Origin: Rhodothermales bacterium | GTDB lineage: Bacteria > Bacteroidota > Rhodothermia > Rhodothermales > VXPQ01 | Direction of reading: 5' to 3' | Assembly: GCA_040904565.1 (NCBI GenBank) | Contig: JBBDTI010000013.1 | Location: 1 to 64,000, forward strand | DNA: 64,000 nt | In this document: positions 51,583-61,058 of the stretch, piece after piece | How the letters are laid out: every line of letters starts with the position of its first letter | Numbering within the stretch: the stretch's first letter is position 1 | Made by a program: the position numbers and the translations under genes | The notes under the pieces: generated by a model | What the model was told of the DNA's origin: nothing | Database searches by the model: none | The model's input: only the letters and a program-made list of their open reading frames with translations

Positions 51583-53826
51583 GTGTATGCTGCCACGGCC
51601 GTGGCCATGTGGTCGGCGCCGCTGCTGTCGATCCTTCACGTCGAGTCGTCCGCCATGATGGCGACGGTGTCCTATTTCGCGGCCGGACTCACCTCGCTGT
51701 CGCTATTTCGGTCGGGCGCTCGCCTGCGAAAGGTCATGACGGCTCAAGAGGCGGCACTGTTGCTTCCCTGGATGCTTCTCACGGTCTCCGCGCTGTGGCA
51801 GCCGAACTGCGATTACGTGCGGGGCCTGACGTTCTTTTTAGGCTTCCCTGGCGTAACGGTGGTCTTTGCCGTGTCGCTCGCGTGGTTGCTGCATACGCTG
51901 CCGGTACGACGAAAGCGGACGTGGCTGATCGGGATCGGTGTGACGCTCGCTATCGCGCCGACGCTCTACGACGTCGGCTTTCATCCGCAGTTCTACACGT
52001 ACAATCACGTATTCGGAGGCTTCCTCGGGCCGATCTACGATGAGGACCTGGCCGTGCGACGAGGGCTGTATGCGTTTCGAGTGCTGACGCTGCTCTGGTC
52101 CGCGATGTTTGTCGCGGTTGCGACCTGGCAGGTGCGACCGGCCTCTCGGATCCTTCGCGGTGTGATCGCTGCGATCGGTCTGCTCGTCGCGGCGGGGTAT
52201 GCGTTCGGAGCCACGCTCGGTATCATCACGACGTACGATCGTATCGAGCAGGTGCTCGGTGGCGTCTACCGTACGACCTCATTCGAGATCTATTACGATC
52301 CGGATAGGACGACGGAGGCCGATCTGCGCGACATGATCGACGAACACCTTTTTCGCATGGCGCAGTTCGAGGAGCGCCTCGGCACCTCCGTGCAGGAACC
52401 GCTTCGTACGTACGTGTATCCGAATGCGGATGTGAAGGCACAGCTTACGGGTGCGAGGCACACGAGCGTCGCTCCGGTCTGGTTGTCGGTGCCGCAGGTG
52501 CACGTTCTCGCCTCATCATTCCACGATACGTTTGCCCACGAGCTCGCTCACGTCTTCTCGCGGGAGTTCGGCCTGCCCGTGCTTCGGGCCTCCGTGTCGG
52601 TCGGACTCCTGGAGGGACTGGCGGTGGCGCTCGAACCGCCTGACGGACGACCGGGGCCGCGCGAGCGCGTGTCGGCCGCCCTGTTGAGCCGGTCAGCGTC
52701 CGACCGATCGTCGTCGCTCGCAGGCGGACTGAACGGCGTCGTTGCGTCTCACCTGACGCCGTGGGGGTTCTGGACCGGCCGGGACGCCATATCCTATACG
52801 ACGATGGGATCTTTCGTCCGCTATCTGCTCGATGCCTATGGTCCAGCGCTGTTTAAACGAGCCTATGCGACGGCACGGTTCGAAGCCGTCTATGGCAAAC
52901 CTCCCGAGGTGCTCGTTGCGGAATGGACCGATCACCTCCTCGCTCTCGATGCCGTGAGCCGTTCGACCGGCGAACGGGTTGCGGCACAGTTCGCCGTGCC
53001 GTCCCTCTTCGAGAAGACGTGTCCGCATTACGTACCGCCGCATCGAAGGCTGCTGCTCGAGGCACGCCGCTACCTTGAGGCCGGTGATACGACGAGGGCC
53101 GTCCGTTCGGCAGAACGATCTCTGGCAGAGCGAAGTGACTACGTCGCGGCGCTCGATCTTTGGGCCCGTCTTGCGCTTCGCCGGGGTGATGCTCGCAGCG
53201 TAGCCGCGCGGCTCGGGATCGTTGAGGAGGGCGGTGTTGAAAGCGAGCGTTTCCCGTACTCCCTGTGGGTACGCCGGGGAGATGCGATGGCCTTATTGGG
53301 ACGTACGACGGAGGCTCGAAGGCAGTACGACCGATCCCTTCGCGCCCTCCCTTCGTTCGCACACGAGGCGCGGAGCGTGGCGGGATTAAGGTATGCGCTC
53401 GCGAGCGATCCGTTACGCCTCCGTATGCTGATCGTTGAGGAAGGTCCACATGATCGCCCCGCTTCACCTGACGGCGTCGAGCGCATGGCCGCAGGGATAT
53501 CTCTCGCACGTTCCGGGAATTACGAACAGGCCGTTATGCTGCTGCGTACTACGACGGCAGCGTCGTTGGTTACCGGCCGCGAGGTTATCGATCGCGAATT
53601 GATCCGACGACGATACGTCTGGCTGGGGGAGTTGTCGTACGCGGCTGGAAATTTGCGCGATGCCGCGTTCTATGCGGATAGCGCGCGTGCGGCATATCTG
53701 GACGCCGGTGCGTTCACCGAGGCCGAGCGGCTGTCCGATGTAGGTGAGAAGATGCGGTGGCTGGCTGCTTCCACGGCGGCTCGGACCGCTCGATATACGG
53801 CACACATGCATAGATCTTGGCGATAG
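51583..53826 (+). CDS. Multi-pass membrane protein with gluzincin-type metallopeptidase domain and TPR-like tail
   Basis: About six N-terminal hydrophobic segments, HELAH followed by LLEGLAV (HExxH...E), later SY...GSFVRYL...YG, then a helical Ala/Arg-rich C-terminus. Start uncertain. Confidence 0.7.
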   Translation: MYAATAVAMWSAPLLSILHVESSAMMATVSYFAAGLTSLSLFRSGARLRKVMTAQEAALLLPWMLLTVSALWQPNCDYVRGLTFFLGFPGVTVVFAVSLAWLLHTLPVRRKRTWLIGIGVTLAIAPTLYDVGFHPQFYTYNHVFGGFLGPIYDEDLAVRRGLYAFRVLTLLWSAMFVAVATWQVRPASRILRGVIAAIGLLVAAGYAFGATLGIITTYDRIEQVLGGVYRTTSFEIYYDPDRTTEADLRDMIDEHLFRMAQFEERLGTSVQEPLRTYVYPNADVKAQLTGARHTSVAPVWLSVPQVHVLASSFHDTFAHELAHVFSREFGLPVLRASVSVGLLEGLAVALEPPDGRPGPRERVSAALLSRSASDRSSSLAGGLNGVVASHLTPWGFWTGRDAISYTTMGSFVRYLLDAYGPALFKRAYATARFEAVYGKPPEVLVAEWTDHLLALDAVSRSTGERVAAQFAVPSLFEKTCPHYVPPHRRLLLEARRYLEAGDTTRAVRSAERSLAERSDYVAALDLWARLALRRGDARSVAARLGIVEEGGVESERFPYSLWVRRGDAMALLGRTTEARRQYDRSLRALPSFAHEARSVAGLRYALASDPLRLRMLIVEEGPHDRPASPDGVERMAAGISLARSGNYEQAVMLLRTTTAASLVTGREVIDRELIRRRYVWLGELSYAAGNLRDAAFYADSARAAYLDAGAFTEAERLSDVGEKMRWLAASTAARTARYTAHMHRSWR

Positions 53827-53827
53827 T

Positions 53828-55147
53828 ATGACATACAGCCTGCCTGCGTGCGGCGTCGCGGCGATGCTCCTCGTTCTCCTGACCACGAGCGGATGCGTCT
53901 CACAGAAGGAGGGCGGATCGCGTGAACGGAGTGCCGGTCCCCGAGCAGCTGCTTCGTCTCCCCTCTACGTCGAAATGGATCTCGCCGCAGCCGAGGGCAG
54001 CGTCAAATCGATACAGCTCTATCGAGGCTCCGACGAAACGCGTCTACCGGTCGCAGAGCTCGGGTCGTCGAACCGCCTGACGCTCGAGTTCGATCTCATG
54101 ACCGAACGGGGACGGCCGCTTTCCGTCTACTTTTATCATGCGGACCGGACGTGGCGGCGGGACCTGTCCCCGGGTGAATACCTGGCGTCGTTTCAGAGCG
54201 ACGACGTGCTGGATTACGAGATCTCGAGAGGCACCGACGTTCCGTACGTGCACTATGCGTACGACTTTCCGAACTCGGACATTCAGTTCCTTCTCAGCGG
54301 AAACTACGTACTCCGCGTTGCCGAACAGGGGAACGAAGAGGAGGTGCTCTTCGAACGCCCTTTTTTCGTAACGGAGCAGTCCACCGCCCTGGAATTCGGA
54401 ACGGACCGCGTTCTCGTCGGCGACTACGGGTATCCATCCATTCAACCCATTGCCCGATTCCGGCCGCCGTCCGACGGTGCCGGCAACGCCTTCGATTATA
54501 CGGTTTGCTTCGTTCGGAACGGTCGATTCGAGCTGGCCCGGTGTTCGGATCAGCCCTCCCTGGCCAATTCGCCCTTCCTACAGTTCTATCTCGAGCCCGA
54601 GGTCGCCTTCGAACCGGAGGAGCCCCCGTATTTCCTGGATCTTACCGACCTTCGATCGTCCGATCGCATCGTTTCGGCCGACTTTTCGGCGCGTCCGTAC
54701 CGTATCGAACTCGAGCCGGATTACGCTCAATTCTCCGGACGGGCCGGAGCCCCAATGTTGAGAGGCCAGTCACGCATCTCCAGCGTCGTACGATTGGGGA
54801 ATGCCGACACCGAGGCGGAATACGTGCGGGCCCGCCTTGCGTACGTGCCGCCGGACGAGCAGCAGATGGGCGATCAGGTTCTGCTTACCGGCAGCTTCAA
54901 CGGGTGGCGTTACGACCGGGAGCATACGCTAAGATGGGCGGCGGAGCGCGGCCGGTACGAGGGCGAGATTCTCCTGAAGCAAGGCGAGTATGAATACAGA
55001 TACGTCGGCCGCGATCGCAGGCTGTCCCAGGCGGTGCGAAGCAACATGCCGCAGATACGGAATCAGTATACGACGCTGGTGTATTACAGAGATACGAGTC
55101 GAAGCACGGATCGGCTGGTCGCCGTGCGCCAGGCGCTGTCCGAATAG
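53828..55147 (+). CDS. DUF5103 / type IX secretion plug-like lipoprotein
   Basis: Lipobox TSGC; SIQLY, L.LEFDL, HADRTW, S..T.VPYVHY...FPN, LSGNY, GSFNGW, LKQGEYEYRY, N.YTTLVYYR, DRL. Confidence 0.78.
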   Translation: MTYSLPACGVAAMLLVLLTTSGCVSQKEGGSRERSAGPRAAASSPLYVEMDLAAAEGSVKSIQLYRGSDETRLPVAELGSSNRLTLEFDLMTERGRPLSVYFYHADRTWRRDLSPGEYLASFQSDDVLDYEISRGTDVPYVHYAYDFPNSDIQFLLSGNYVLRVAEQGNEEEVLFERPFFVTEQSTALEFGTDRVLVGDYGYPSIQPIARFRPPSDGAGNAFDYTVCFVRNGRFELARCSDQPSLANSPFLQFYLEPEVAFEPEEPPYFLDLTDLRSSDRIVSADFSARPYRIELEPDYAQFSGRAGAPMLRGQSRISSVVRLGNADTEAEYVRARLAYVPPDEQQMGDQVLLTGSFNGWRYDREHTLRWAAERGRYEGEILLKQGEYEYRYVGRDRRLSQAVRSNMPQIRNQYTTLVYYRDTSRSTDRLVAVRQALSE

Positions 55148-55173
55148 TCACACGGTTCAGTTCGATCACGCGC

Positions 55174-56226
55174 ATGTTTAGCCCCTTAATATCGTCGCTC
55201 GCCGCGGAAGAATTTCTCGAACCGGATGCGGCGCGGATGCGGCTGGACGATGCGTGCGAGCGGCATCCCGATGTGGCTCGGTTCGAGGAGATCGGGAGCA
55301 GCGAAACAGGCCGGCCGATCGATGCTGTCGTGCTGGGTCGCGGTCCTTTGCGCGTCAGCCTCATAGCCGGCAATCACGCCGACGAGCCCGTCGGTCCGGA
55401 GTTTCTTCGGCGGTTTGTGCTGTCGATGCTGGATGAGCCGGACGTGTATCGGCCGCTGTTCGAACGGGTGTGCTTCTGCATCGTGCCGCAGACGAATCCG
55501 GACGGCGAGCATGCCAATCGGTTGTGGAGGGAGCGATGGCCGGACGTCGAGGCGTATCTCGAGCACGCCAGGCGCGATCCCCCTGGCCGGGACATGGAGT
55601 TCGGCTTCCCCGATATGAGGCCGGAGAACGAGGTCGTGGTCTCTTTTCTCCGGTCGGAGGGGCCCTTCGATCTACACGCGAGCCTTCACGGCATGGCGGT
55701 GGCCGAAGGTCCGATGCTTTTGATCGAGCGGCGCTGGGGGTATCGAACCGAGCACCTGCAGGCACGCTTCCGATCCGCAGTGCGGAAAGAGGGACTCGCA
55801 TTGCACGATCACAATCGCAAAGGAGAGAAAGGCTTCTTCTATCTCGGACCCGGATTCACGACGACGCCCGAAGGGGAAGCGATGCGCGACTTCTTCGCGG
55901 CGAAGGGAGAGACGAAGACGGCAAAACGGTTCCACGACAGTTCGATGGAATTCGTTCGACGGCTCGGTGGCGATCCACTCTGTTACGTGACCGAATTTCC
56001 GCTCTTTCTCGTCGAGAGAGCGCGTGACGCCCCGCCTGGGGTGCCGGAAGCCTATCTCGAATTCAAGGAACGATTGCCTGCAATGCGGTTGCGACTTTCC
56101 CGCGGTGAGTCCATCCAGAAAGATCTCGACTATTTCGGCGTTCAGCCGCTGTCCCTGCCTGCCGCATTGCGACTTCAACTCGACGCACTGTCCGCAGCGC
56201 TGGAACAGATTTCCGAGGACGTGTGA
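55174..56226 (+). CDS. M14-family zinc carboxypeptidase
   Basis: IGSSETGRPI, GNHADEPVG (HxxE), PQTNPDG, ASLHGM. Confidence 0.8.
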   Translation: MFSPLISSLAAEEFLEPDAARMRLDDACERHPDVARFEEIGSSETGRPIDAVVLGRGPLRVSLIAGNHADEPVGPEFLRRFVLSMLDEPDVYRPLFERVCFCIVPQTNPDGEHANRLWRERWPDVEAYLEHARRDPPGRDMEFGFPDMRPENEVVVSFLRSEGPFDLHASLHGMAVAEGPMLLIERRWGYRTEHLQARFRSAVRKEGLALHDHNRKGEKGFFYLGPGFTTTPEGEAMRDFFAAKGETKTAKRFHDSSMEFVRRLGGDPLCYVTEFPLFLVERARDAPPGVPEAYLEFKERLPAMRLRLSRGESIQKDLDYFGVQPLSLPAALRLQLDALSAALEQISEDV

Positions 56227-56232
56227 TGCGGT

Positions 56233-56787
56233 TCAAACCATCACTTTCCCGAATATCCACTGGACGAGGTACGCGGCCAGGATCATGGCTGCGATATCCG
56301 CCGTGAGTCCGGCAGGCACGGCGTGGCGCGTCTTCTTGATATTTACGGCACCGAAGTAGACGGCGATCACGTAAAACGTGGTTTCCGTAGAGCCGAACAT
56401 CACGCCGGCTATTTTCACGAGCACGGAGTCCTCCCCGTACGTAGCAATCATGTCTGCGACGATGGCTGCCGAGCCTGATCCGGTCAACGGCCTGATGATG
56501 GCCATGGGAAGCACCTCGGGAGGAAATCCGATCGCACCGAGAACCGGATGCAGTATCTCCACCAGGAAATCCATCGCCCCGGAGGCGCGAAACATGCCGA
56601 TGGCGAAGAGGATGGCCACGAGGTAGGGAATAATCATTACGGCCACGCGGAAGCCCTCCTTTGCTCCGTCCACGAACTCTTCGTAAACCGGTACGCCCTT
56701 GATGAGACCGTAGAGGGGCAGGCCTACGATCAACAGCGGCAGCACGAAGATGGCAAAGTAGTCGATAATGATCCGGAACAGATCCAT
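56233..56787 (-). CDS. spmB: Spore maturation protein B-like (Gate domain) membrane protein
   Basis: YEEFVDGAKEG, IIPYLVA, RPLTGSGS, GSTETTFYVIAVYFGAV. TGATG overlap with spmA. Confidence 0.9.
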   Translation of the reverse strand: MDLFRIIIDYFAIFVLPLLIVGLPLYGLIKGVPVYEEFVDGAKEGFRVAVMIIPYLVAILFAIGMFRASGAMDFLVEILHPVLGAIGFPPEVLPMAIIRPLTGSGSAAIVADMIATYGEDSVLVKIAGVMFGSTETTFYVIAVYFGAVNIKKTRHAVPAGLTADIAAMILAAYLVQWIFGKVMV

Positions 56788-57809
56788 CACGTATCCTCCG
56801 AGGTTGAGTGTGAGGAAGCGGCATCGTCCACCTCTTCCGCGGCGAGGCGCAGCGGATCGGACCGGCGGTAGCCCGGAAGCCGCTGAAGGAATTTCGCCGC
56901 CGTTACGGCGATGATGAGTGAGCTGCCCGTCACGAGAATGATCGGCAGGATGAGCTCGTTGACCTGCAGGCCCATCACGGCGACGAGCAGGGCAGGGGGT
57001 ACGAGCTGGACGCTGGCCGTATTCATCGCGAGGAGCATGACCATCGAGTTCGTGGCCGTATCGGGCGAGGGGTTGAGCTCCTGGAGTTCCTCCATCGCCT
57101 TGATGCCCAGCGGCGTAGCGGCATTACCGAGTCCGAGTACGTTGGCGGACAGGTTGAGGACGATCATCCCGATGGCGGGATGCCCTTTCGGGATTTCGGG
57201 AAAGAAGGGATGGATCAACGGTTCGGCAACCCGAACGATCTGATGGATGAGTCCGCCTGCCTCCGCGATCTTGAGCAGCCCGAGGAACAGGGCCAGGACG
57301 CCGATGAGTCCGAGGGCGATCTCGGCCGCCGTCTCTGCGAAATCGAAGGCCGCCTGCGTGATATCGTGTAGCCGGGGGAAGCGCACCGGACTAAACTGCA
57401 CGGCGGCGACGCTTTCCGACGAGTCCGGTGTCGGCGTCTCCGTGACGAGGGTACCCTGAAGCTCGTCGTCGGCTGAGGACGAAAACCGGCGAATACGTGA
57501 CAGCGGATCGGGCAGCGGGGCGCCGGTCCCGAATCGAAGCTGCGTTCCGCGCTGCGTACGAATCACGGATCCCTGATAGCCGTCCGCCGGCGTTTCGTCC
57601 ACCCCATAAAAGCTGCGATAGCGCTCCGGGTCGATTCGAATTCGAACGGGTACGCTCCGCGCTTCGGGTCGATATCCCTCCGGATATTCGAGTGTGACGG
57701 ACAGCGGATCGTCGTTTCGGAAGCGGTCGTTTGCGGTGTCCCGGATGTCCGACACGAGCGCAAAGGCGAGGCTCGAAATGATCAATCCCGCCCAGATGTA
57801 ATTCAGCAT
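56787..57809 (-). CDS. spmA: Spore maturation protein A-like (Gate domain) membrane protein with inserted soluble domain
   Basis: MLNYIW, FPEIPKGHPA, ANVLGLGNAATPLGIKAMEELQ, NTASVQL. Confidence 0.88.
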   Translation of the reverse strand: MLNYIWAGLIISSLAFALVSDIRDTANDRFRNDDPLSVTLEYPEGYRPEARSVPVRIRIDPERYRSFYGVDETPADGYQGSVIRTQRGTQLRFGTGAPLPDPLSRIRRFSSSADDELQGTLVTETPTPDSSESVAAVQFSPVRFPRLHDITQAAFDFAETAAEIALGLIGVLALFLGLLKIAEAGGLIHQIVRVAEPLIHPFFPEIPKGHPAIGMIVLNLSANVLGLGNAATPLGIKAMEELQELNPSPDTATNSMVMLLAMNTASVQLVPPALLVAVMGLQVNELILPIILVTGSSLIIAVTAAKFLQRLPGYRRSDPLRLAAEEVDDAASSHSTSEDT

Positions 57810-57939
57810 GCGACCTCAGGGCGTGGAAGTACAACGAGTGTCGGACAGAACATAACGAGCGGCTCCGCAACATGCATCCTGCAAATGGACGAGACGCGTC
57901 GACGCGCGGGAAATGTCGTTAAGATGAAGCTGCGCTCCG

Positions 57940-59820
57940 TCAGGATGCGGTGTCGGATACCGTGTCGGATGCGGGGGCTCCGTTGCTGCGCTCAAAATGG
58001 TCGGCGATGCGTTGTGCGAGCGCGGGTCCGACGACCTCGCGCACGGCATCCGGATCCGCTTCCTTGACGCGCTTGACGGAACCGAACTCCCTGATCAATT
58101 TCTGCGCCGTTTTCTCGCCTATGCCGCGAATCGAACGCAGCTCGGTGTTTAGCGTGCTCTTTGAGCGCTGCTTGCGCTGCAGGGAGACGGCAAAACGGTG
58201 GGCCTCATTCCGGGTCCGCTGCAGTAGCTGCAGCGACGTACTCGTCTTCGCGATGAGCAGCGGGTCTGAGTCGCCGGGGAAGAAGACTTCCTCGAGGCGT
58301 TTAGCCAGTCCGACGACGGGAAAGCGTCCATAGGCTCCGATCTCGCGAAGCGCCGAAGCGGCGGCTGAAAGCTGTCCCTTTCCACCGTCGATGACGACGA
58401 GATCGGGCCACGGTCCATCGTCTTTCAGCAGCTTGCGGTAGCGACGAGACACTACCTCGTGCATCGCAAGGTAGTCGTCGGGGCGGCCGTGCTCCGTCGA
58501 GTGAATCTTGTAGTGGCGGTACTCGCTTTTTCGTGGACGACCGTCCACGAACACGACGCATGACGCGACCGTGCCGGTTCCCGACAGATGCGATACGTCG
58601 AAGCATTCGATGCGTCGGGGCGGCTCGTCCATGTGAAGGTCGTCTCGGAGCGAACGCACGGCGTGTGGAATGCGGTCTTCGCCGCGCTTCATTTTCTGAA
58701 TCTTCCATTCATCCAGGAGCATGCGCGCGTTGGTGCCTACCATGCGCATCAGGCCGGCTTTGGGGCCGCGCTGGGGTACGCGCAGGGGCACCTTCTTTCC
58801 CCGTTCTCGGGCGAGCAGCTCCTCCAGAGGGCCCGGCTCCTCAACCTCCCATCCTAGGAGCACTTCGTCGGGGAAGAACGTGGTATCGGTGTAATAGTCC
58901 TCCACGAGCCGCTGCATGAGCAGGGTGTCGTCAAGGTCTTCGACGGGACGAATATATTTGTGCTGACGTCCGATAACCTTGCCTTCGCGGACCTTGAAGA
59001 TGACGCCGCAGGCTACGTTCTCGTCCCGGTCGACGTCGATGGCAAACAGATCGCGGTCCGATTCGTCCGTGCTGACCACCTTCTGGCGCCGGGAGTACTT
59101 CTCGAGTGCGAGAATGCGGTCGCGCAGGTCCGCCGCCTCCTCGAACCGCGTGGCGTTCGAGAGCCGCTCCATCTCGTCGCGCAGTAAATCGATCAGCTCC
59201 TTCGTGTGGCCGTTCAGCAGCTTCTTCACCTGCTCGATCATACGGTCGTAGTCCGCCTCGGACTGCTTTCCCTCGCAGGGAGCGGCGCATTTCTTGATAT
59301 GATATTCTAGGCAGACGTCATATTTGCCCGCTTCGATAGCGTCTTGTGAGAGGTTCAGCTTACACGTCCGAAGCTTGAAGATCGACCGGATGGTCCGAAG
59401 CATCAGCTTCATGTTCTTGACGTCGGTATATGGACCGAAATAGGTCGATCCGTCCTTTTTTACGTTGCGCGTGGGGAAGACCCTGGGGAAGCGCTCGTTT
59501 TTGATGCAGATAAACGGATACGTCTTGTCGTCCCGGAGGTTGACGTTGTACCGTGGTTTGAGCTGCTTTATGAGATTGTTTTCGAGGATTAGCGCTTCGG
59601 CCTCGGTATCGGTAACGATCACCTCGACGTCGGCAATCTTCCGGGTCATGACCTGCAGGCGTCCGTCGCGCGGGCGGCTCTTCTGGAAGTAGGACCGGAC
59701 GCGGCTGCGCAGATTCTTGGCCTTGCCGACGTACAGGACGGCACCCTCGGCGTCCTTGTGCTGGTAGACGCCGGGTCGTTTCGGGAGCCCCTTTAGTTTG
59801 TGTTCGAGCGTCTCATTCAT
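57940..59820 (-). CDS. uvrC: Excinuclease ABC subunit C
   Basis: GIY-YIG (PGVY, YVGKAKNL), EALILENNLIK, IECFDVSH, IDGGKGQ, RNEAHRFA and a C-terminal HhH. Confidence 0.98.
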   Translation of the reverse strand: MNETLEHKLKGLPKRPGVYQHKDAEGAVLYVGKAKNLRSRVRSYFQKSRPRDGRLQVMTRKIADVEVIVTDTEAEALILENNLIKQLKPRYNVNLRDDKTYPFICIKNERFPRVFPTRNVKKDGSTYFGPYTDVKNMKLMLRTIRSIFKLRTCKLNLSQDAIEAGKYDVCLEYHIKKCAAPCEGKQSEADYDRMIEQVKKLLNGHTKELIDLLRDEMERLSNATRFEEAADLRDRILALEKYSRRQKVVSTDESDRDLFAIDVDRDENVACGVIFKVREGKVIGRQHKYIRPVEDLDDTLLMQRLVEDYYTDTTFFPDEVLLGWEVEEPGPLEELLARERGKKVPLRVPQRGPKAGLMRMVGTNARMLLDEWKIQKMKRGEDRIPHAVRSLRDDLHMDEPPRRIECFDVSHLSGTGTVASCVVFVDGRPRKSEYRHYKIHSTEHGRPDDYLAMHEVVSRRYRKLLKDDGPWPDLVVIDGGKGQLSAAASALREIGAYGRFPVVGLAKRLEEVFFPGDSDPLLIAKTSTSLQLLQRTRNEAHRFAVSLQRKQRSKSTLNTELRSIRGIGEKTAQKLIREFGSVKRVKEADPDAVREVVGPALAQRIADHFERSNGAPASDTVSDTAS

Positions 59821-59943
59821 GGCACGACCTGAACGAGGGCGTGACGCCAAATGTTCATCCGCGAAAGCGGTGGCGCGGCCCCGATATCGCCGCGGCGTGG
59901 AGGAGGCCGCGAGGCGAACGGCTCGTCGCGGCGATATCGGGTG

Positions 59944-60915
59944 CTATTGGAGATACGCATCGACGAGAGCCGCCCGCAGATCGGGCTCCGAAACAACCGC
60001 AAGCTGGAGGTTCGTCCGGAGGCCCCGGAGCGCCGCCGCGCGACGGAGTCCGTCGGCGTCGTCACGAAAGAGGACGAGCACGCGGGTACGGATATCGCGC
60101 AGGCGTCCGGACATGCTGCTACCCGGAGCGCCGTCGCGCTGGTGGATGTCTTTCGGAGTACTTTCGGTCGGCTTGCCGTTGCCCAAAATGACGTCATCCG
60201 GATCGATCAGGACCGTCGAACGCACGCGATCGTCGTCGATGCGGTACAGAAGGTCGGCGGACGGAGGTCCGTCGGCGGCGAGGTGGAGGCAATCTACGGA
60301 AAGCTGTTTCAGCAACGCGTCGAAGTCCAACGTCGACTCCGCGTCTATGGTGTAGATCGAACGGCCCGGATGAAGTAGACGGGCAAGCCGTTCGGGATCC
60401 ACGCCGGGTGCACCGTCGAACACATAGACGAGAGGCGGGACGCTGTTGGAGCCCGACGCCGCGTGGATGCGTCGGACGCCGGCGAGGTCACCGGTCGCCA
60501 TGGGTTTAAGGAGGGACGTCTGAGCCTGACAGAACTCGAGGAGCAGGCCGGCGGTTTGTTTCGGATGAAGAAAGAAGATCAGCTTACCGTTCGCTCCCGG
60601 TCGAGGCGCAGGGTCAATCGGATCGTAGCCGGCCTTTCGGGCGCGATTGAACATCGAGTGGATGTCGGCGACCTCGAAGGCGAGGTGGTGGAGGCCGGGC
60701 CCGCGGCGCTCGAGAAAGGAGGCGACGGCGGAGTCCTCGCGAAGCCGCTCCAGCAGCTCGATCTTGGCTGAGGAGCCGGATACGAAGTGCGTTCGGATGC
60801 CATCGGCCTCCAGCGTTTCCGTCGCGTAAGCGTTCTCGCCAAGGAGATCGACCAGTACCTGCAGCAGATCGGCTTCGTCGACTACCGCGATGCCTACGTG
60901 TTCGAGACGACCCAT
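59944..60915 (-). CDS. mce: Methylmalonyl-CoA epimerase (VOC fold) with C-terminal degenerate alpha/beta-hydrolase-like domain
   Basis: EHVGIAV, KIELLE, GPGLHHLAFEV, PRPGANGK..FFLHPK...GLLLEFCQ in the first ~130 aa, then ~190 extra residues. Confidence 0.8.
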   Translation of the reverse strand: MGRLEHVGIAVVDEADLLQVLVDLLGENAYATETLEADGIRTHFVSGSSAKIELLERLREDSAVASFLERRGPGLHHLAFEVADIHSMFNRARKAGYDPIDPAPRPGANGKLIFFLHPKQTAGLLLEFCQAQTSLLKPMATGDLAGVRRIHAASGSNSVPPLVYVFDGAPGVDPERLARLLHPGRSIYTIDAESTLDFDALLKQLSVDCLHLAADGPPSADLLYRIDDDRVRSTVLIDPDDVILGNGKPTESTPKDIHQRDGAPGSSMSGRLRDIRTRVLVLFRDDADGLRRAAALRGLRTNLQLAVVSEPDLRAALVDAYLQ

Positions 60916-61058
60916 GACTTTATTGATTTCAGGTGAGGAACGTGGTCTTCAGAAGGCCGAACGGAGCAAGCCTTTCTGTCGTTCGTTCGACCGATTCAGT
61001 TCGTTGGTCATATCCTACCCTTCGAACGACGTTTATCGAAGACGGTCCCGTGGCAAAC

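Noticed and set aside
56233-57809. Sporulation capacity implied by spmA/spmB
   Set aside because: SpmA/B homologs are common in non-sporulating bacteria and no other sporulation genes are present.
59820-59836. Sigma-54 promoter (TGGCACG)
   Set aside because: The -12 TTGC element is missing, and the site overlaps the uvrC start in the wrong orientation.
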